DNA of 63,629 nucleotides, filler included, from Candidatus Tectimicrobiota bacterium (GCA_016193065.1; 7 parts of 7 records of this genome joined end to end with filler, not necessarily neighbours in it), one strand, 5' to 3'; shown: positions 17,502 to 28,049, counted from the first letter of the whole stretch. A program made the numbers and translations. The notes: generated from the sequence alone by a model not told the origin.

Positions 17502-19508
17502 TCAGATCCGAGAAGCGGTGAGGAAGGCTTCGTGGATGGCGTCCAGTGCCTTGCGTGGCTTGCTGGCGTCGCCGACCAGATGAACCTCGGGGATCTTCCC
17601 TTCGAGTTCCTCGAAGAGGCGGCGCTCCGGCTGGGCTCCGATGGCCAGAACCACGGTATCTGCGGGCAGGAACTTGCGTCCATCGTTCCCTGACACCCAC
17701 ACACCTTCCGAGGTGATCTCTTCGGCCCGGGTCTCTGTGAGAATCTTGATCCCGTGTTCTTTCAGGGTCATCAGGGTACTCCAGCGGGTCGTTCGGCCGA
17801 TGTCGGCGCCCACACGCGGCAGCATCTCGATCAGCGTCACATCCCGCCTGGGCTTTTCACCGTTCGTTTGCTGCTCTCCCGGCAGAAGCTGGTAGTGCTG
17901 GAGATAGGAGAGGGGCGACATCTCCTTTTCCCCTTCCGAGGCCAGGAGGAGTGCGGTATCGCAGCCCACGCCGCCTCCGCCGATGACAATCACCCGGTCG
18001 CCGACAGGGATTCGCTCTGCTAGAACCTCATGGGCCTGCACGACGCCGGCTAAGGTGGCACCGGGAATCTTTGGAGAGATGGGTTTGGCTCCGCTAGCGA
18101 CTATGAGGACATCGGGCTGAAAGGCCAGGATGCTGTCCGCAGTGGCCTCCTTTTCCAGAACGATCTCGACTCCGAGAATGCGAAGCTGGGTTTCCAAGTA
18201 AGCAATGAGGTTCAAGTATTCTTTCTTCTCTTCCAGGACAGCCGCCAGGCGGAACTGTCCACCCAGAGATTTTTTCTTTTCCCAGAGGGTCACCCGATGG
18301 CCGCGCAGTGCCGCGACCCGGGCTGCTTCCATGCCGCCGGGCCCCCCGCCGATGACGAGGATCCGCTTGGGACGTCCAGCCCGGCCGATCTCTCTTTCCC
18401 CTTCGTAGCCCGCTCGTGCGTTGACCGTGCAGGTGATCCGATCGCCTGCAAAGAGGCGGTCGTAGCACCCTTGCTGGCAGGCAATGCAAAAAGAGATCTC
18501 GTCGATTCTCCCTTCCTGAGCCTTCTTGGGGAAAAACGGATCGATGATCAATGCGCGGGCGAGGGAAATAAAATCAACCTGTCCTTCGGCGATGGCCTCT
18601 TCCGCCACAAAGGGGTGGTTGATCCTTACCCCACCGATGACGGGGATCCGGAGCACGACCTTCTTGACCTCTGCGATCAGGGGCATGAAAGCTCCCCGGG
18701 GGACCATGGCCGGCGTCAGGGGTACCGAAGTTTCGTGACCTCCGACGGTGACGTGGATCGCATCGACACCGGCCTCTTCCAGGGCGGTGGCGATCTGCTT
18801 GGCTTCTTCCAGCCCATGGCCTCCCAAGAGACATTCATGGGCTGTTATCCGAACGATCAGCGGATAGGCTTCCACTTCCCGACGCGCTAAAGCGATCATC
18901 TCGAGAAGAAAGCGCAGCCGGTTCTCCAGGCTGCCGCCGTATTCATCCGTGCGTTGGTTTGTCAGAGGGGAGAGGAACTCACGGGTCAGGTAGCCGCTGC
19001 AGGCGTTGATCTCCACGGCGTCAAAGCCGGCCCGCCTCCCCCGGTCAATGTCTTCCACGAATTGCCGCTGGATTTCCTTGATCTCGGCGACGGTCAGTTC
19101 CCGGGGAACGGACCGGCTGTGCGGGGAGGGGATCGGGGAAGGAGAGACGGGCTGGGTGCCGATGATCTTGGGGTCCGCGTACTTCCCGGCGTGGAAGAGC
19201 TGGAAAGCGACGGCCGCTCCGGCTTCGTGAACGGCGTCGGCGAGAGTTTTCAAACCCGGCAGGAAACGCTCCTCGCCGATCCCCGGATACATGAGGTTTT
19301 GCAGACCGGTCTTCTGGTCCGCTTGGTAAGGACCGGCGATGATGAGTCCCGCACCGCCTCGGGCCCGTTCCTGGAAGAAGTGAATCATCCGAGGGGTCAC
19401 ATAGCTGTCCTCGGCGAAGTGGTGGGATACGCAGGCCATGACCACCCGGTTCTTAAGGGACAAAGAACCAATGAACCCTGGTTTAAACAGCTCTGAGAAC
19501 ATGAGCAT
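17502..19508 (-). CDS. NADH:flavin oxidoreductase, 2,4-dienoyl-CoA reductase (FadH)-like
   Basis: OYE TIM barrel (NQRTDEYGGSLENR), CIACQQGC...CTVN Fe-S motif, two GxGxxG motifs. Confidence 0.9.
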   Translation of the reverse strand: MLMFSELFKPGFIGSLSLKNRVVMACVSHHFAEDSYVTPRMIHFFQERARGGAGLIIAGPYQADQKTGLQNLMYPGIGEERFLPGLKTLADAVHEAGAAVAFQLFHAGKYADPKIIGTQPVSPSPIPSPHSRSVPRELTVAEIKEIQRQFVEDIDRGRRAGFDAVEINACSGYLTREFLSPLTNQRTDEYGGSLENRLRFLLEMIALARREVEAYPLIVRITAHECLLGGHGLEEAKQIATALEEAGVDAIHVTVGGHETSVPLTPAMVPRGAFMPLIAEVKKVVLRIPVIGGVRINHPFVAEEAIAEGQVDFISLARALIIDPFFPKKAQEGRIDEISFCIACQQGCYDRLFAGDRITCTVNARAGYEGEREIGRAGRPKRILVIGGGPGGMEAARVAALRGHRVTLWEKKKSLGGQFRLAAVLEEKKEYLNLIAYLETQLRILGVEIVLEKEATADSILAFQPDVLIVASGAKPISPKIPGATLAGVVQAHEVLAERIPVGDRVIVIGGGGVGCDTALLLASEGEKEMSPLSYLQHYQLLPGEQQTNGEKPRRDVTLIEMLPRVGADIGRTTRWSTLMTLKEHGIKILTETRAEEITSEGVWVSGNDGRKFLPADTVVLAIGAQPERRLFEELEGKIPEVHLVGDASKPRKALDAIHEAFLTASRI

Positions 19509-19690
19509 TTCCTTTCGACAGACCAACTGATCTTAACCGAGTACCACTTTCGGTGGATTTGCTTCAATAAGGCAGGAATACAGATTCCCTAATGCATTTT
19601 CATTAGATTCGCACCGGGACCTCCGTGGGGTATAGTGGCCAATAACGACCGGCTCTCTTCCGGGAGGAGAGAGGGACAGAAAGGGGAGCC

Positions 19691-20137
19691 ATGGAACTTA
19701 GCGATGACGGCATGTGCTTTGCCTGCGGCAAAAAGAACCCGTTGGGACTTCACCTAAAGGTTCGACTGGAGGGGGAGCGGGACGCGGTTGCCGAGTTTAC
19801 CCCAGCGAAAAACCACCAAGGCTACAAAGACATCGTCCACGGCGGGATTCTCGTCACGGTTCTCGACGAAGTGATTGCTCACACGCTCTATCAGCGGGGG
19901 ATCCTGGCCATGACGGGCAAGCTGGAGGTGCGCTATCACCGCCCGGCGCTGGTGGGTGAGACGCTGCAGGTCCGGGCCACAATCGAGAAGGAGTCCTCCC
20001 GGGGGTTTGACGTGAGAGCCCAGGCGGTCAACCGGGCCGGTGAGAAGGTGGCCGAGGCCCGGGCCACAATGATCCGTCAGCGTCATACCGGCCCGTCTTC
20101 AACTGGATCTGCCGGCCTCTTCCCGGCAAAACCATAG
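19691..20137 (+). CDS. PaaI-family thioesterase
   Basis: CFACGKKNPLGL, HGG...LDE. Confidence 0.88.
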   Translation: MELSDDGMCFACGKKNPLGLHLKVRLEGERDAVAEFTPAKNHQGYKDIVHGGILVTVLDEVIAHTLYQRGILAMTGKLEVRYHRPALVGETLQVRATIEKESSRGFDVRAQAVNRAGEKVAEARATMIRQRHTGPSSTGSAGLFPAKP

Positions 20138-20165
20138 TAACCAGGATACCCCCCGGCCGAGAGGC

Positions 20166-20557
20166 TCAAGACAGACTTCCCGGGGAGGAGGCTTTCTCTT
20201 CCTGAAGCTTGCGGGCAATGTAGGCGCGCAGATCCTTCTTGGAGATTTTCCCGAATCCAGACACGGGAAGCTCGGGCAAAATTTCCAGGCGTTCGGGGAG
20301 CTTGAAGCGGGCAATTTGCTTGGTCTCCAGGAAAGCGACGAGTTCAGGCAAACTAAGGTTTTTTCCTGCCCGGAGAACCACAAAGGCACACATCTTCTCT
20401 CCGAAAACCGGGTCGGGCATGGCCGTGCAGGCCACGTTGTGCACGCTCGGATGGGTAAGGACCAGGTTCTCGATCTCCTCAGCGCTGATCTTTTCCCCGC
20501 CCCGGTTGATGAGATCCTTGCGGCGCCCTTCCACGATCAGGTTTCCCGAAGGGTGGC
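20166..20557 (-). CDS. AMP-binding acyl/aryl-CoA ligase, 3' fragment (DhbE-like)
   Basis: GRRKDLINRGGEKISAEEIE, FKLPERL, GKI; 5' part lost in the gap. Confidence 0.88.
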
Positions 20558-20657
20558 NNNNNNNNNNNNNNNNNNNNNNNNNNNNNNNNNNNNNNNNNNN
20601 NTTAATTAATTAANNNNNNNNNNNNNNNNNNNNNNNNNNNNNNNNNNNNNNNNNNNN
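20558..20657. other. Artificial contig linker
   Basis: N run + TTAATTAATTAA + N run. Confidence 0.99.
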
Positions 20658-21365
20658 GCTGCCCCCTGAGCACTGGCACCATAGATATTGAGGCGCGGAA
20701 AGAAAAAGCGGAGCTGCGGCCCCGGTTCAACCTCTGCAACTGGCGAGTGGAAGAAGCCTCGGTAGGCATAGACCGAGAGATCCCAGCCCGCCACGTTCCG
20801 GAAGAGTCTGAGCCCGGCCTCGGTGTGGTCGATCGACGTTGAAGGCTCATCCGTCCGTCGGGACTCGATGGCAGCCATGGGATCCTGGAAGCGGATTCGG
20901 CTGCCGGCCTCGGGGACCGTGTCGGCCCTGAAGTGAGGAATCAGGACGAGCTGGAGCGAGGCACCTTTCCAGTAGCCAGTAGCACTGACTGCGTCAGACC
21001 CCTTCTTCAGGTACTCGAGCGGGAGGCCCGAGATGAATGCGACCCAGTCCTTTGGAAAGACGTCATTGATGAAGACCAGGTCGCCGACTCCCCAGGTAAT
21101 GACCTGCCGCCCGAGGCGCAGGTCCACGGTCGGCAACCCGAGGTCCAGATAGCTCTCCCTGATCTCACTGTCTACTTGGCTGCCCACCGCGTCGTAGATC
21201 AGCTCCCCTTTCGTCATGAGCGCCCAGCGCTCAGCTCTCGGGCCGGATCAGCCGATAGGCGGAGGCAGCCTGAAAGAACCCGTGAAGCGGAAACTCTGCC
21301 GCGGCTGACATCCCCGGGCCGAGGAAGACCAACACCACAACGACGAGTTCGATGCGGTACCTCAC
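20658..21365 (-). pseudogene. Outer-membrane beta-barrel-like protein (DUF1302-like), frameshifted near 21231 and truncated by the gap
   Basis: GTG 21365 gives a signal peptide + EFPLHGFFQ ending in TGA 21231-21233; body (IRESYLD, DLRLGRQVITWG.GD...INDVFP) continues in another frame. Confidence 0.65.
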
Positions 21366-21376
21366 GAGGCCCCATC

Positions 21377-22186
21377 TCACCGGACCAGTTCCGCCGGCGG
21401 TGCCCGGAGCGCGCGCTCGCTGAAGAGGTCGGGAGAAAGCTTCAGGTTATAGCGGACGTTCTTGAAGACGACCTCGGTCCAGTGCCCGGACTGGGCGTTC
21501 TTCATGAGCCGCTTCGTGATCGTCCAGAACCCCTGAACGTTTTCGGTTTCCTCAGCGGTGAAAACGCGCGCCCGGTCGCCGCGCCGGTCGGAGTGCTCCA
21601 CCTTCAGCGGCAGCCAGGTGGTCCTGTCAATCCAGGAAAGCTTCCGGCTGAAGTCCTCTCTGGCAGGGTCTTTCGGAATGCTCTCCACCACATAGGCGTC
21701 CCGCTCTCCGATCTTCTCCTCCCGGAGGAGTTTATGGGTGTCCTCCTCGGGCTCGCGGCCGGACACGTCCTCGTAGCTGAAGTCCGAGCCGACGAAGCTC
21801 GTGTGCTTGTCGCTGGCCGCGATCCGGCGGACCAGCTTGAGGGCTGGCACGTAAAGCCAGCGGTCATCGTCGCGCCCGAGGTAGGCCCAGACCAGGAGCG
21901 CCATGTCCCGCACATCCGGCGGCCGGTGGAAATAGAGGAAGTAGCGCTGCTCGCCACCCAGTTGGAGGTTGCGCCGAGTCATCGTCAGCTCGCGGATCCG
22001 CTCGTGCCCCTCCCTGGAGATAAGCCGCATGAAGATCCTGGCCCGCATGTCCTCTCCCTGGTAGTACATGGCCAGGTAGGAGCGTCGCATGATCTCGTCA
22101 GCGGACGGCGCCTGGGCGCGAGCCGGTAATGCGCTCCAGGCGACCAGCATGATTCCGGCGATCCACAACCACACGGCCTTTTTCAT
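21377..22186 (-). CDS. Outer membrane lipoprotein-sorting (LolA-like) protein
   Basis: Signal peptide, F..PPDVR, DDRWLYVPALKLVRRIA, SFVGSDFSYED. Confidence 0.88.
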   Translation of the reverse strand: MKKAVWLWIAGIMLVAWSALPARAQAPSADEIMRRSYLAMYYQGEDMRARIFMRLISREGHERIRELTMTRRNLQLGGEQRYFLYFHRPPDVRDMALLVWAYLGRDDDRWLYVPALKLVRRIAASDKHTSFVGSDFSYEDVSGREPEEDTHKLLREEKIGERDAYVVESIPKDPAREDFSRKLSWIDRTTWLPLKVEHSDRRGDRARVFTAEETENVQGFWTITKRLMKNAQSGHWTEVVFKNVRYNLKLSPDLFSERALRAPPAELVR

Positions 22187-24498
22187 CAACGTTCCTCCTT
22201 GAGCCTCTGGGTAAGCCACTGGGGAAATAGCGCGATCAGGGCTGGCAGGTAGACCACGGTGGCCAGCGCCGAGAGCAGCATGATGGCGATCATGAAGGCG
22301 CCAACCGTGATGTACGGGGTGAGGCCGGCAAAGAGCATGACGGCAAAGCCCGAGGCGAAGAGAAAGGCGTTCCTCACGATCCCGCGGCCTGGGCGTGCAG
22401 CCGTCCAGACGAGAGAGCCTTTAAGATCGCGCGTCTCCCGGTAACGCTGTTGGAAGCGGCTCACGAAGTGGATGGCGAAGTCAATGGCGAGGCCCAGGGA
22501 CAGGGTCGAGAGGACCGAGATGGGCATGTCGAAGTCCTTCCGGACAAAGCCCACGGCCCCGTAAATAAGGACCACGGTGAAGAGCAGCGGGAGGAAGCTC
22601 ACCACCCCCCAGCGCGGCGAGCGGTAGTCCAGGATCAGGAGGAAGAAAACGAAGATGCAGGAGGCGATGAACCCCTCCAGCATCCCGACGAGGACCTGGT
22701 CGTTCCAGACCATGTTGAAATAGGCGATCCCCGCGGGCTTCACCTCGGCGCCGGGGATCGGCGTGGCGGTAAGGTCACGCCGGACTTTCTCTAGGAGCGC
22801 ACGGGTCTCCACTGCATTCCAGCTCCTCAGTTGGACCATGAGGTTCGCCTTCTGGTGGGGGTAGTCCACGAGGTTGTTAAGGTCCCGGGGGCGCGCTGCC
22901 ATGCTGAAAAGGAGCAGCTCCTGGGCGACTGCCTCTTGCGAGTCCGGAATCATCGCGCGCGAGGGGCTGTTGTCGCTGAGAACCTGGTGGACGCGCTTCA
23001 CCACGTCCGCCACCGAGACCGCCTTTCCCACAACCGGCTCTCTCTCGATCCTCCGCTGGAGCCCTTCAAGGGCCTTGAGAAACTCGGGGCGGGTTACGGC
23101 GTCCGACTTCTTCCCGTCGGCGACTAGGTAGAGCATGGCCGTCCCCCCGAGGTCCCGGCTCAGTTGCCGGTCCGCCACCCGGATTTCACTCCCGGGTTTG
23201 AACCAGGACACCATGTTGTTGTTGATCCGGATCTTCGAAATCCCCACGGCGGAGATCACCAGCAGGACCACGCCCACCAAAGCCACCGGCGTCTTCCACG
23301 CCACGCAAGCCTGCCCGATCCTCCCGAGCCATGAGGAAGAGAGATCGTCCTCACGGCTCACCGGGATCGGTCGGCCCTCGCGGGCAAGTGCCAGAAGCGC
23401 GGGGACGAGGGTGAAGCTCATGAGGAGGATGACGAAGGTGCCGAAGGCCACCAGGAGGCCGAAGACTCGAACCGGGATGATCGGCCCGATCGCCAGGGAG
23501 GCGAAGCCCGCGATGGTGGTCAGATCCGAGAAGAGTACCGGGGTGGCTACGGCTGCCATGGTCTGGCGGATCGCCTCGCGCCGGTCCCCCACCTCCCGCC
23601 GCCGGAAGACGAACTCGTTAAAGATATGCACGGTGTCGGTTGAGATGGCCATGAGAAAGACCGGGCTCATGGAGGCCATGATGTGGATCGGGATTCCGAG
23701 ACCGATGAAGAGCCCCATGCCCCAGATGATGGCGATCATGGCCACCGCCATGTTGGCTCCGACCACCCACCAGCTCCGGAACATGAGGAAGAGGACCCCG
23801 CACATCACCATCCCGGCCAGCGGGGAGAAGAGCGCCATCTGGCGGAACATCTCGGCTCCGAAGGTATCCCGCGCCACGGGATCGCCCGCAATGTAGTAGC
23901 GCTCGGGACCGCGCTCTTTTCCTGTAAGCTGCCGGAGCCGGTCCGCGATGGCTTTCCCGTTGGCGCTCTTCTCGATGGGAATGTAGATGGCAGTCGCTCG
24001 CGCGTCAGTGGAGACCAGGCGCCCCGCCAGGAGCGGGTTGTCGAGAACCTGCCGCTTGAGCCCTTCGGCTTCGGCAGCATCATGCGGAATGCGGTCGAGG
24101 ATCGGGCGTGCTTGAAGGACGCCGTTAGCTATCGAGACATCATTGACGGTGGGCAGGGCGACTACATCCCGCGCAATGACCCCGGGGAATCTCAGGATGG
24201 CATCGGTGAGCCGGGCAATCCGGGCGAGGATCTCGGGCGTGAAGACCCCCCGCTCGCTTTGGATTTCCACGACGATCACGTCCGGATGGAGGCCGAACCA
24301 GCCTTCCACCTGATCGTTGTACTGTCGAACGGGCGAGGTGATCGGGAGCATGTTCTTGGGGTCGGTGTCCGTCCTGATCCGGGGAAGTTGGCTCCCGAAG
24401 GCGAGGGTGAGAATGAAGACCAGGACCAGGACGGTGCGGGGATGGTCAGCACACCATTGAACCAGGCCTTGGCGGAAGGATGTCCACCTCGCTCTCAT
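22186..24498 (-). CDS. MMPL/RND family transporter
   Basis: Two repeats of TM + periplasmic domain + TM bundle; GLAIDFAIH motif. Confidence 0.9.
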   Translation of the reverse strand: MRARWTSFRQGLVQWCADHPRTVLVLVFILTLAFGSQLPRIRTDTDPKNMLPITSPVRQYNDQVEGWFGLHPDVIVVEIQSERGVFTPEILARIARLTDAILRFPGVIARDVVALPTVNDVSIANGVLQARPILDRIPHDAAEAEGLKRQVLDNPLLAGRLVSTDARATAIYIPIEKSANGKAIADRLRQLTGKERGPERYYIAGDPVARDTFGAEMFRQMALFSPLAGMVMCGVLFLMFRSWWVVGANMAVAMIAIIWGMGLFIGLGIPIHIMASMSPVFLMAISTDTVHIFNEFVFRRREVGDRREAIRQTMAAVATPVLFSDLTTIAGFASLAIGPIIPVRVFGLLVAFGTFVILLMSFTLVPALLALAREGRPIPVSREDDLSSSWLGRIGQACVAWKTPVALVGVVLLVISAVGISKIRINNNMVSWFKPGSEIRVADRQLSRDLGGTAMLYLVADGKKSDAVTRPEFLKALEGLQRRIEREPVVGKAVSVADVVKRVHQVLSDNSPSRAMIPDSQEAVAQELLLFSMAARPRDLNNLVDYPHQKANLMVQLRSWNAVETRALLEKVRRDLTATPIPGAEVKPAGIAYFNMVWNDQVLVGMLEGFIASCIFVFFLLILDYRSPRWGVVSFLPLLFTVVLIYGAVGFVRKDFDMPISVLSTLSLGLAIDFAIHFVSRFQQRYRETRDLKGSLVWTAARPGRGIVRNAFLFASGFAVMLFAGLTPYITVGAFMIAIMLLSALATVVYLPALIALFPQWLTQRLKEER

Positions 24499-24511
24499 GA
24501 CTGTCCTCCCT

Positions 24512-25564
24512 TTAGGGTTCGACCCGGATTCTGCCTCTGGAGTCGGCAGTGATCTCACCGATGAGAGCCCGGACCGAAACTCCAGCGGTTTCCAGTTCCT
24601 CCAGCAACTGTTGGGTCTTCTGTTTGGGGACAGAAATGAGGAGCCCACCGGATGTCTGGGCATCGGCCAGAATCAGGCGCTCCACTTCGGAAATCTCCGG
24701 GTTCCAATCAATAGCCCCTTCCAGGAATCGCAGGTTCGCGTAAGTCCCGCCGGGTACGAACCCCTCTTGAGCCAGTTCCCGTGTGCCGGGAATCACGGGG
24801 ATCTGAGAGCGGTAGATCCGGGCTCCAACTCCTGCCCCCTCGGTCATTTCATGGAGATGACCGAGCAGGCCGAAGCCTGTGACGTCTGTGCAGGCATGGA
24901 CTCCCACCTTTTGCATGGCTCGAGCGGCAGGCCCGTTCAGTGTACTCATGGCCTCCACGGCCGCATCAACCGCAGCGGGATCGGGTTTTCCCTTCTTCAA
25001 TGCAGTCACGATGATGCCGATTCCCAGGGGCTTGGTGAGGATCAGATCATCCCCGGGCCGGGCTCCTGAGTTAGTGACCACGCGGGCCGGGTCGATGAGT
25101 CCGTTGACAATCAGGCCGTACTTGGGTTCCTGATCATCAATGGTGTGCCCGCCGATGATCTCGATCCCGGCCTCGGCTGCCTTGTGGGCCCCTCCTTTGA
25201 GGATCTCCCCCATTATGCTGAGGGGGAGGGTTCCAGAGGGGAAACCAATGATATTCAGGGCAAAGAGAGGCTCGGCTCCCATGGCGTAGATGTCGCTTAG
25301 GGAATTGGCAGCGGCAATTTGCCCGAAAACGTAGGGGTCATCCACAACGGGGGTGAAAAAGTCGACGGTTTGCACTAGCGCTTGATGGTCATTGATCCGG
25401 TACACGGCAGCATCGTCCGAAGTCTCCGGCCCTACCAGGACCCGAGAATCTCGTATGGGGGGTAGCTGGCGCAGAACCTGCGCCAGGTCCTGGGGACTGA
25501 TCTTGCACCCTCACCCCGCCCCGTGGCTTAGGCTTGTAAGGCGGATCGATTGACTAGCTTCCAT
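24512..25564 (-). CDS. selD: Selenide, water dikinase, selenocysteine-containing (UGA at codon 18)
   Basis: MEASQSIRLTSLSHGAG-U-GCKI; in-frame TGA at 25511-25513; QTVDFFTP, TDVTGFGLLGH, DAQTSGGLL. Confidence 0.95.
25466..25486 (-). promoter_or_regulatory. Candidate bacterial SECIS hairpin
   Basis: CTGGCGCAG-GTT-CTGCGCCAG perfect stem starting 24 nt after the UGA. Confidence 0.7.
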
Positions 25565-25610
25565 TTTTTTGCCCTCCCTTTTTGAATTGATGTTTTCACG
25601 CCGTGATTTC

Positions 25611-26399
25611 TTAACCCTGGAACACACCCCACCACATCCGGATGGCCGCAAAGGCGATCAGGAGGGCGAGCAGGGTGCGGAGCACGGGTGCTTTGACCCG
25701 CTGGCTCCACATTCCTCCCAACCACCCTCCGCCCAGTGCGCCGGCGCTTAGAAAAAGAGCCATTTCCCAGTGGATTTGGCCTCCAAGGGCTTTACCGAGA
25801 GTTCCGGCAAGGGCCGAGAGGAAGACAATGGCCAGAGAACTCCCCAAGGCCATCCGCGTGGGAATTTTCAGGACAAAGATAAGGGTCGGGACGATGATAA
25901 AGGCTCCGCTTTGACCCACGAGCCCGCCGAGAAATCCAATCACAAGACCTGAGCCGGCGGCAAGGAGGCGGCAAAAGCGGAGCTCTTCCCCCGGAGCGGG
26001 AGACTGTTCCTTTTTGGGTAAAATCATCAGGACGGCGGCCACGACGGCCATGCCGGCAAAGATAGCCAGTAAAGCTCTAGCCTCCGTGTGGCGAGATGCC
26101 AGGGCGCCGAGAAATGAGGCAGCCACGCTGCTTGTCCCCATGGTGAGGACCAGGTTCGGGTGCACGCGGTCGAATTGGCGGTGGGCGACAACGCCGGAGA
26201 GAGAGGCGGCAAGGCTCTGGACCATGGTAAGCCCGGCCACCACCTTCATATCGAAGGCGCCAACATGCAGGAGGGGCGGAACGTACAGAAGGAGAGGGGC
26301 CATGATGATGCCCCCACCAATTCCCAGAAGCCCTGCCAGGAGACCTCCGGCGAGCCCCAGTCCTGCCAGGCTGCCTGCGAGTTCAGCGGTCATTGACAC
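25611..26399 (-). CDS. Sulfite exporter TauE/SafE family protein
   Basis: GLLGIGGG...P and GLVGQSGA...P repeats, about 8 TM helices. Confidence 0.9.
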   Translation of the reverse strand: MSMTAELAGSLAGLGLAGGLLAGLLGIGGGIIMAPLLLYVPPLLHVGAFDMKVVAGLTMVQSLAASLSGVVAHRQFDRVHPNLVLTMGTSSVAASFLGALASRHTEARALLAIFAGMAVVAAVLMILPKKEQSPAPGEELRFCRLLAAGSGLVIGFLGGLVGQSGAFIIVPTLIFVLKIPTRMALGSSLAIVFLSALAGTLGKALGGQIHWEMALFLSAGALGGGWLGGMWSQRVKAPVLRTLLALLIAFAAIRMWWGVFQG

Positions 26400-26690
26400 G
26401 GTCCCTCCCGAGATCAGAAATCCATTCCGGCCCTACGCTACGTTTCTCTTTGAAGCTTGTCCAATCGGAAGTTTGGATAGAGCTATTTCTTCGATTGATA
26501 ACTGCGGCGGCCTGAAGGGAGTGTGATGCGGCAGAGAACAGGGCAGAAATTCTGGAAATGGCTGCGGATCGTGGTCAAGTCTTGCTCGAAGGTTGCCGAG
26601 GAAAGAGTAAGGATTTGCTTGATTTCTAATCAGGCCCCCTTTAACATGGGCCGGGAAGTGCTAGATCTCCCCTCTCTCCGGGAGTGAGCA

Positions 26691-28049
26691 ATGATCAGTC
26701 TTCGAAAGATTCTGGCGTTTGTCGGAATTCTTGTCGTCGTCGCTGCCGCCGTTTTTGCGTATTTCGACTACAAGCAGGGGATCTGGTTCTTCAAACCCAA
26801 GGGGCTCCCCCTGTTGCAAACAGCGCGTGCCGCCGAGGATCTGATCCCCGCGAGCCCCGTCTTCTATCTTTCCGTGCGCGATGGGGCCGGCCTTTGGCAG
26901 AAAGTCAAAACCTCCAACTTCTATCAGAGGGTCAGTGGTGCGGCGAGTAAGACTCCCCGGAAAAGCTCGGGGAGCGCACCCTGGTCCCAGCCCGTGCAGC
27001 AACTGGAACAAAATCTCGGTCTCAAGCTCGACGAGCAGAATCTTCTGAAGCTGTTCGGCAAGAAGGTGGTCCTGGCTTTTTACGGTGTGGGCGAGAAAAC
27101 CGGAGTCGACGGCCTGCTCATCACCGAGACGGACATGTCCCCGAAGGTTTGGGAGTTCTTTGTCCGCCTCAAAGGGAAGTACGGTAAGGACCCCATGGCT
27201 CCCCAGGCCGTTCCCTACAAGGGAGTGGAGATTTTTTCCTTCCGGAGGCCGGTCACCCGGGAGCCGGGTACCCGGCGCCAGGAGGCAGGGTTTTATGCCT
27301 TCGTCGGTAAGTATTTGTTCGCCTCCTCCCGAATGGAGCGCCTGAAAGGAGCCATTGACCTGGCATTGGGAGCGCCCCCAGCCAAGTCCTTCGGCCCCAA
27401 GGTCAAGAAGGCCGCCGATGACCTTGATAAGAATCCGTTCCTGGTTTTCGTCGGTGACAGCTCCAGGGCCTTGGAGTGGGTCCAGAGCGCCATCCCGCCA
27501 GCCCAGCGCCAGGTCTTCCAGGCTGGCGTTTTGCAGAGGTTTAAGGCGTTCGGGCAGGTGACCTTGACGGCTTCCGCGCAGAAGGGCCTCCTCGTCAAAT
27601 CCCGCCTTGAGTTCGACCCGGGGCAACTGGCCCCCGAGCAGGCGAAGCGCTTTGTCCAGCCTCCTGCCACCTACCGGTCCCTTGCTTTCGTTCCCGAGGA
27701 TGCCATTGCTTACGGGGCGGACAACAGTTTTGATCCCCGGACACCCGCAGGGCGGGTACCCGGGGGCCGCAGCCGTACGGCTTCCGAGGCGGACACCCGC
27801 AAGGCGGACACCCGCAAGGCGGACACCCGCAAGGCGGGTACCCGGCAAGCTGCAACTTCCGAGAAGTTGCGATTCTCTCTGGAAAAGGAACTGGGAGTCA
27901 GCATCGAGCGCGATCTGATCCCTCTGGCGGGAAAGGAATGGGCTTATGCCTTGCTGCCGCCGGATGCCGGGAGTTCGTTCCCGGTCCCCCAGCTCCTGGT
28001 GATCCTGCAGATCAAAGATCGGGCCAAGGTGGATCGTTTTCTCCGGGGG
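26691..28049 (+). CDS. Membrane-anchored periplasmic protein (DUF3352-like), 3' truncated
   Basis: N-terminal TM anchor, YKGVEI, ERDLIP.AGKE.A patterns; carries three micro-element insertions. Confidence 0.65.
27254..27274 (-). mobile_element. 21-bp micro-element in CDS
   Basis: CACCC-GGGAGCC-GGGTACCCG on the + strand. Confidence 0.8.
27742..27762 (-). mobile_element. 21-bp micro-element in CDS
   Basis: CACCC-GCAGGGC-GGGTACCCG on the + strand. Confidence 0.85.
27787..27844 (-). repeat. 21-bp micro-element (27824-27844) with 15-bp tandem expansion
   Basis: (AGGCGGACACCCGCA)x3 then AGGCGGGTACCCG; encodes ADTRK x3. Confidence 0.9.

Noticed and set aside
21231-21233. Second selenocysteine codon in the selD operon
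   Set aside because: The conserved coding sequence downstream is in a different frame and no clear SECIS hairpin follows.
27787-27844. Possible CRISPR array
   Set aside because: 15-bp head-to-tail units without spacers, inside a CDS, and no cas genes.
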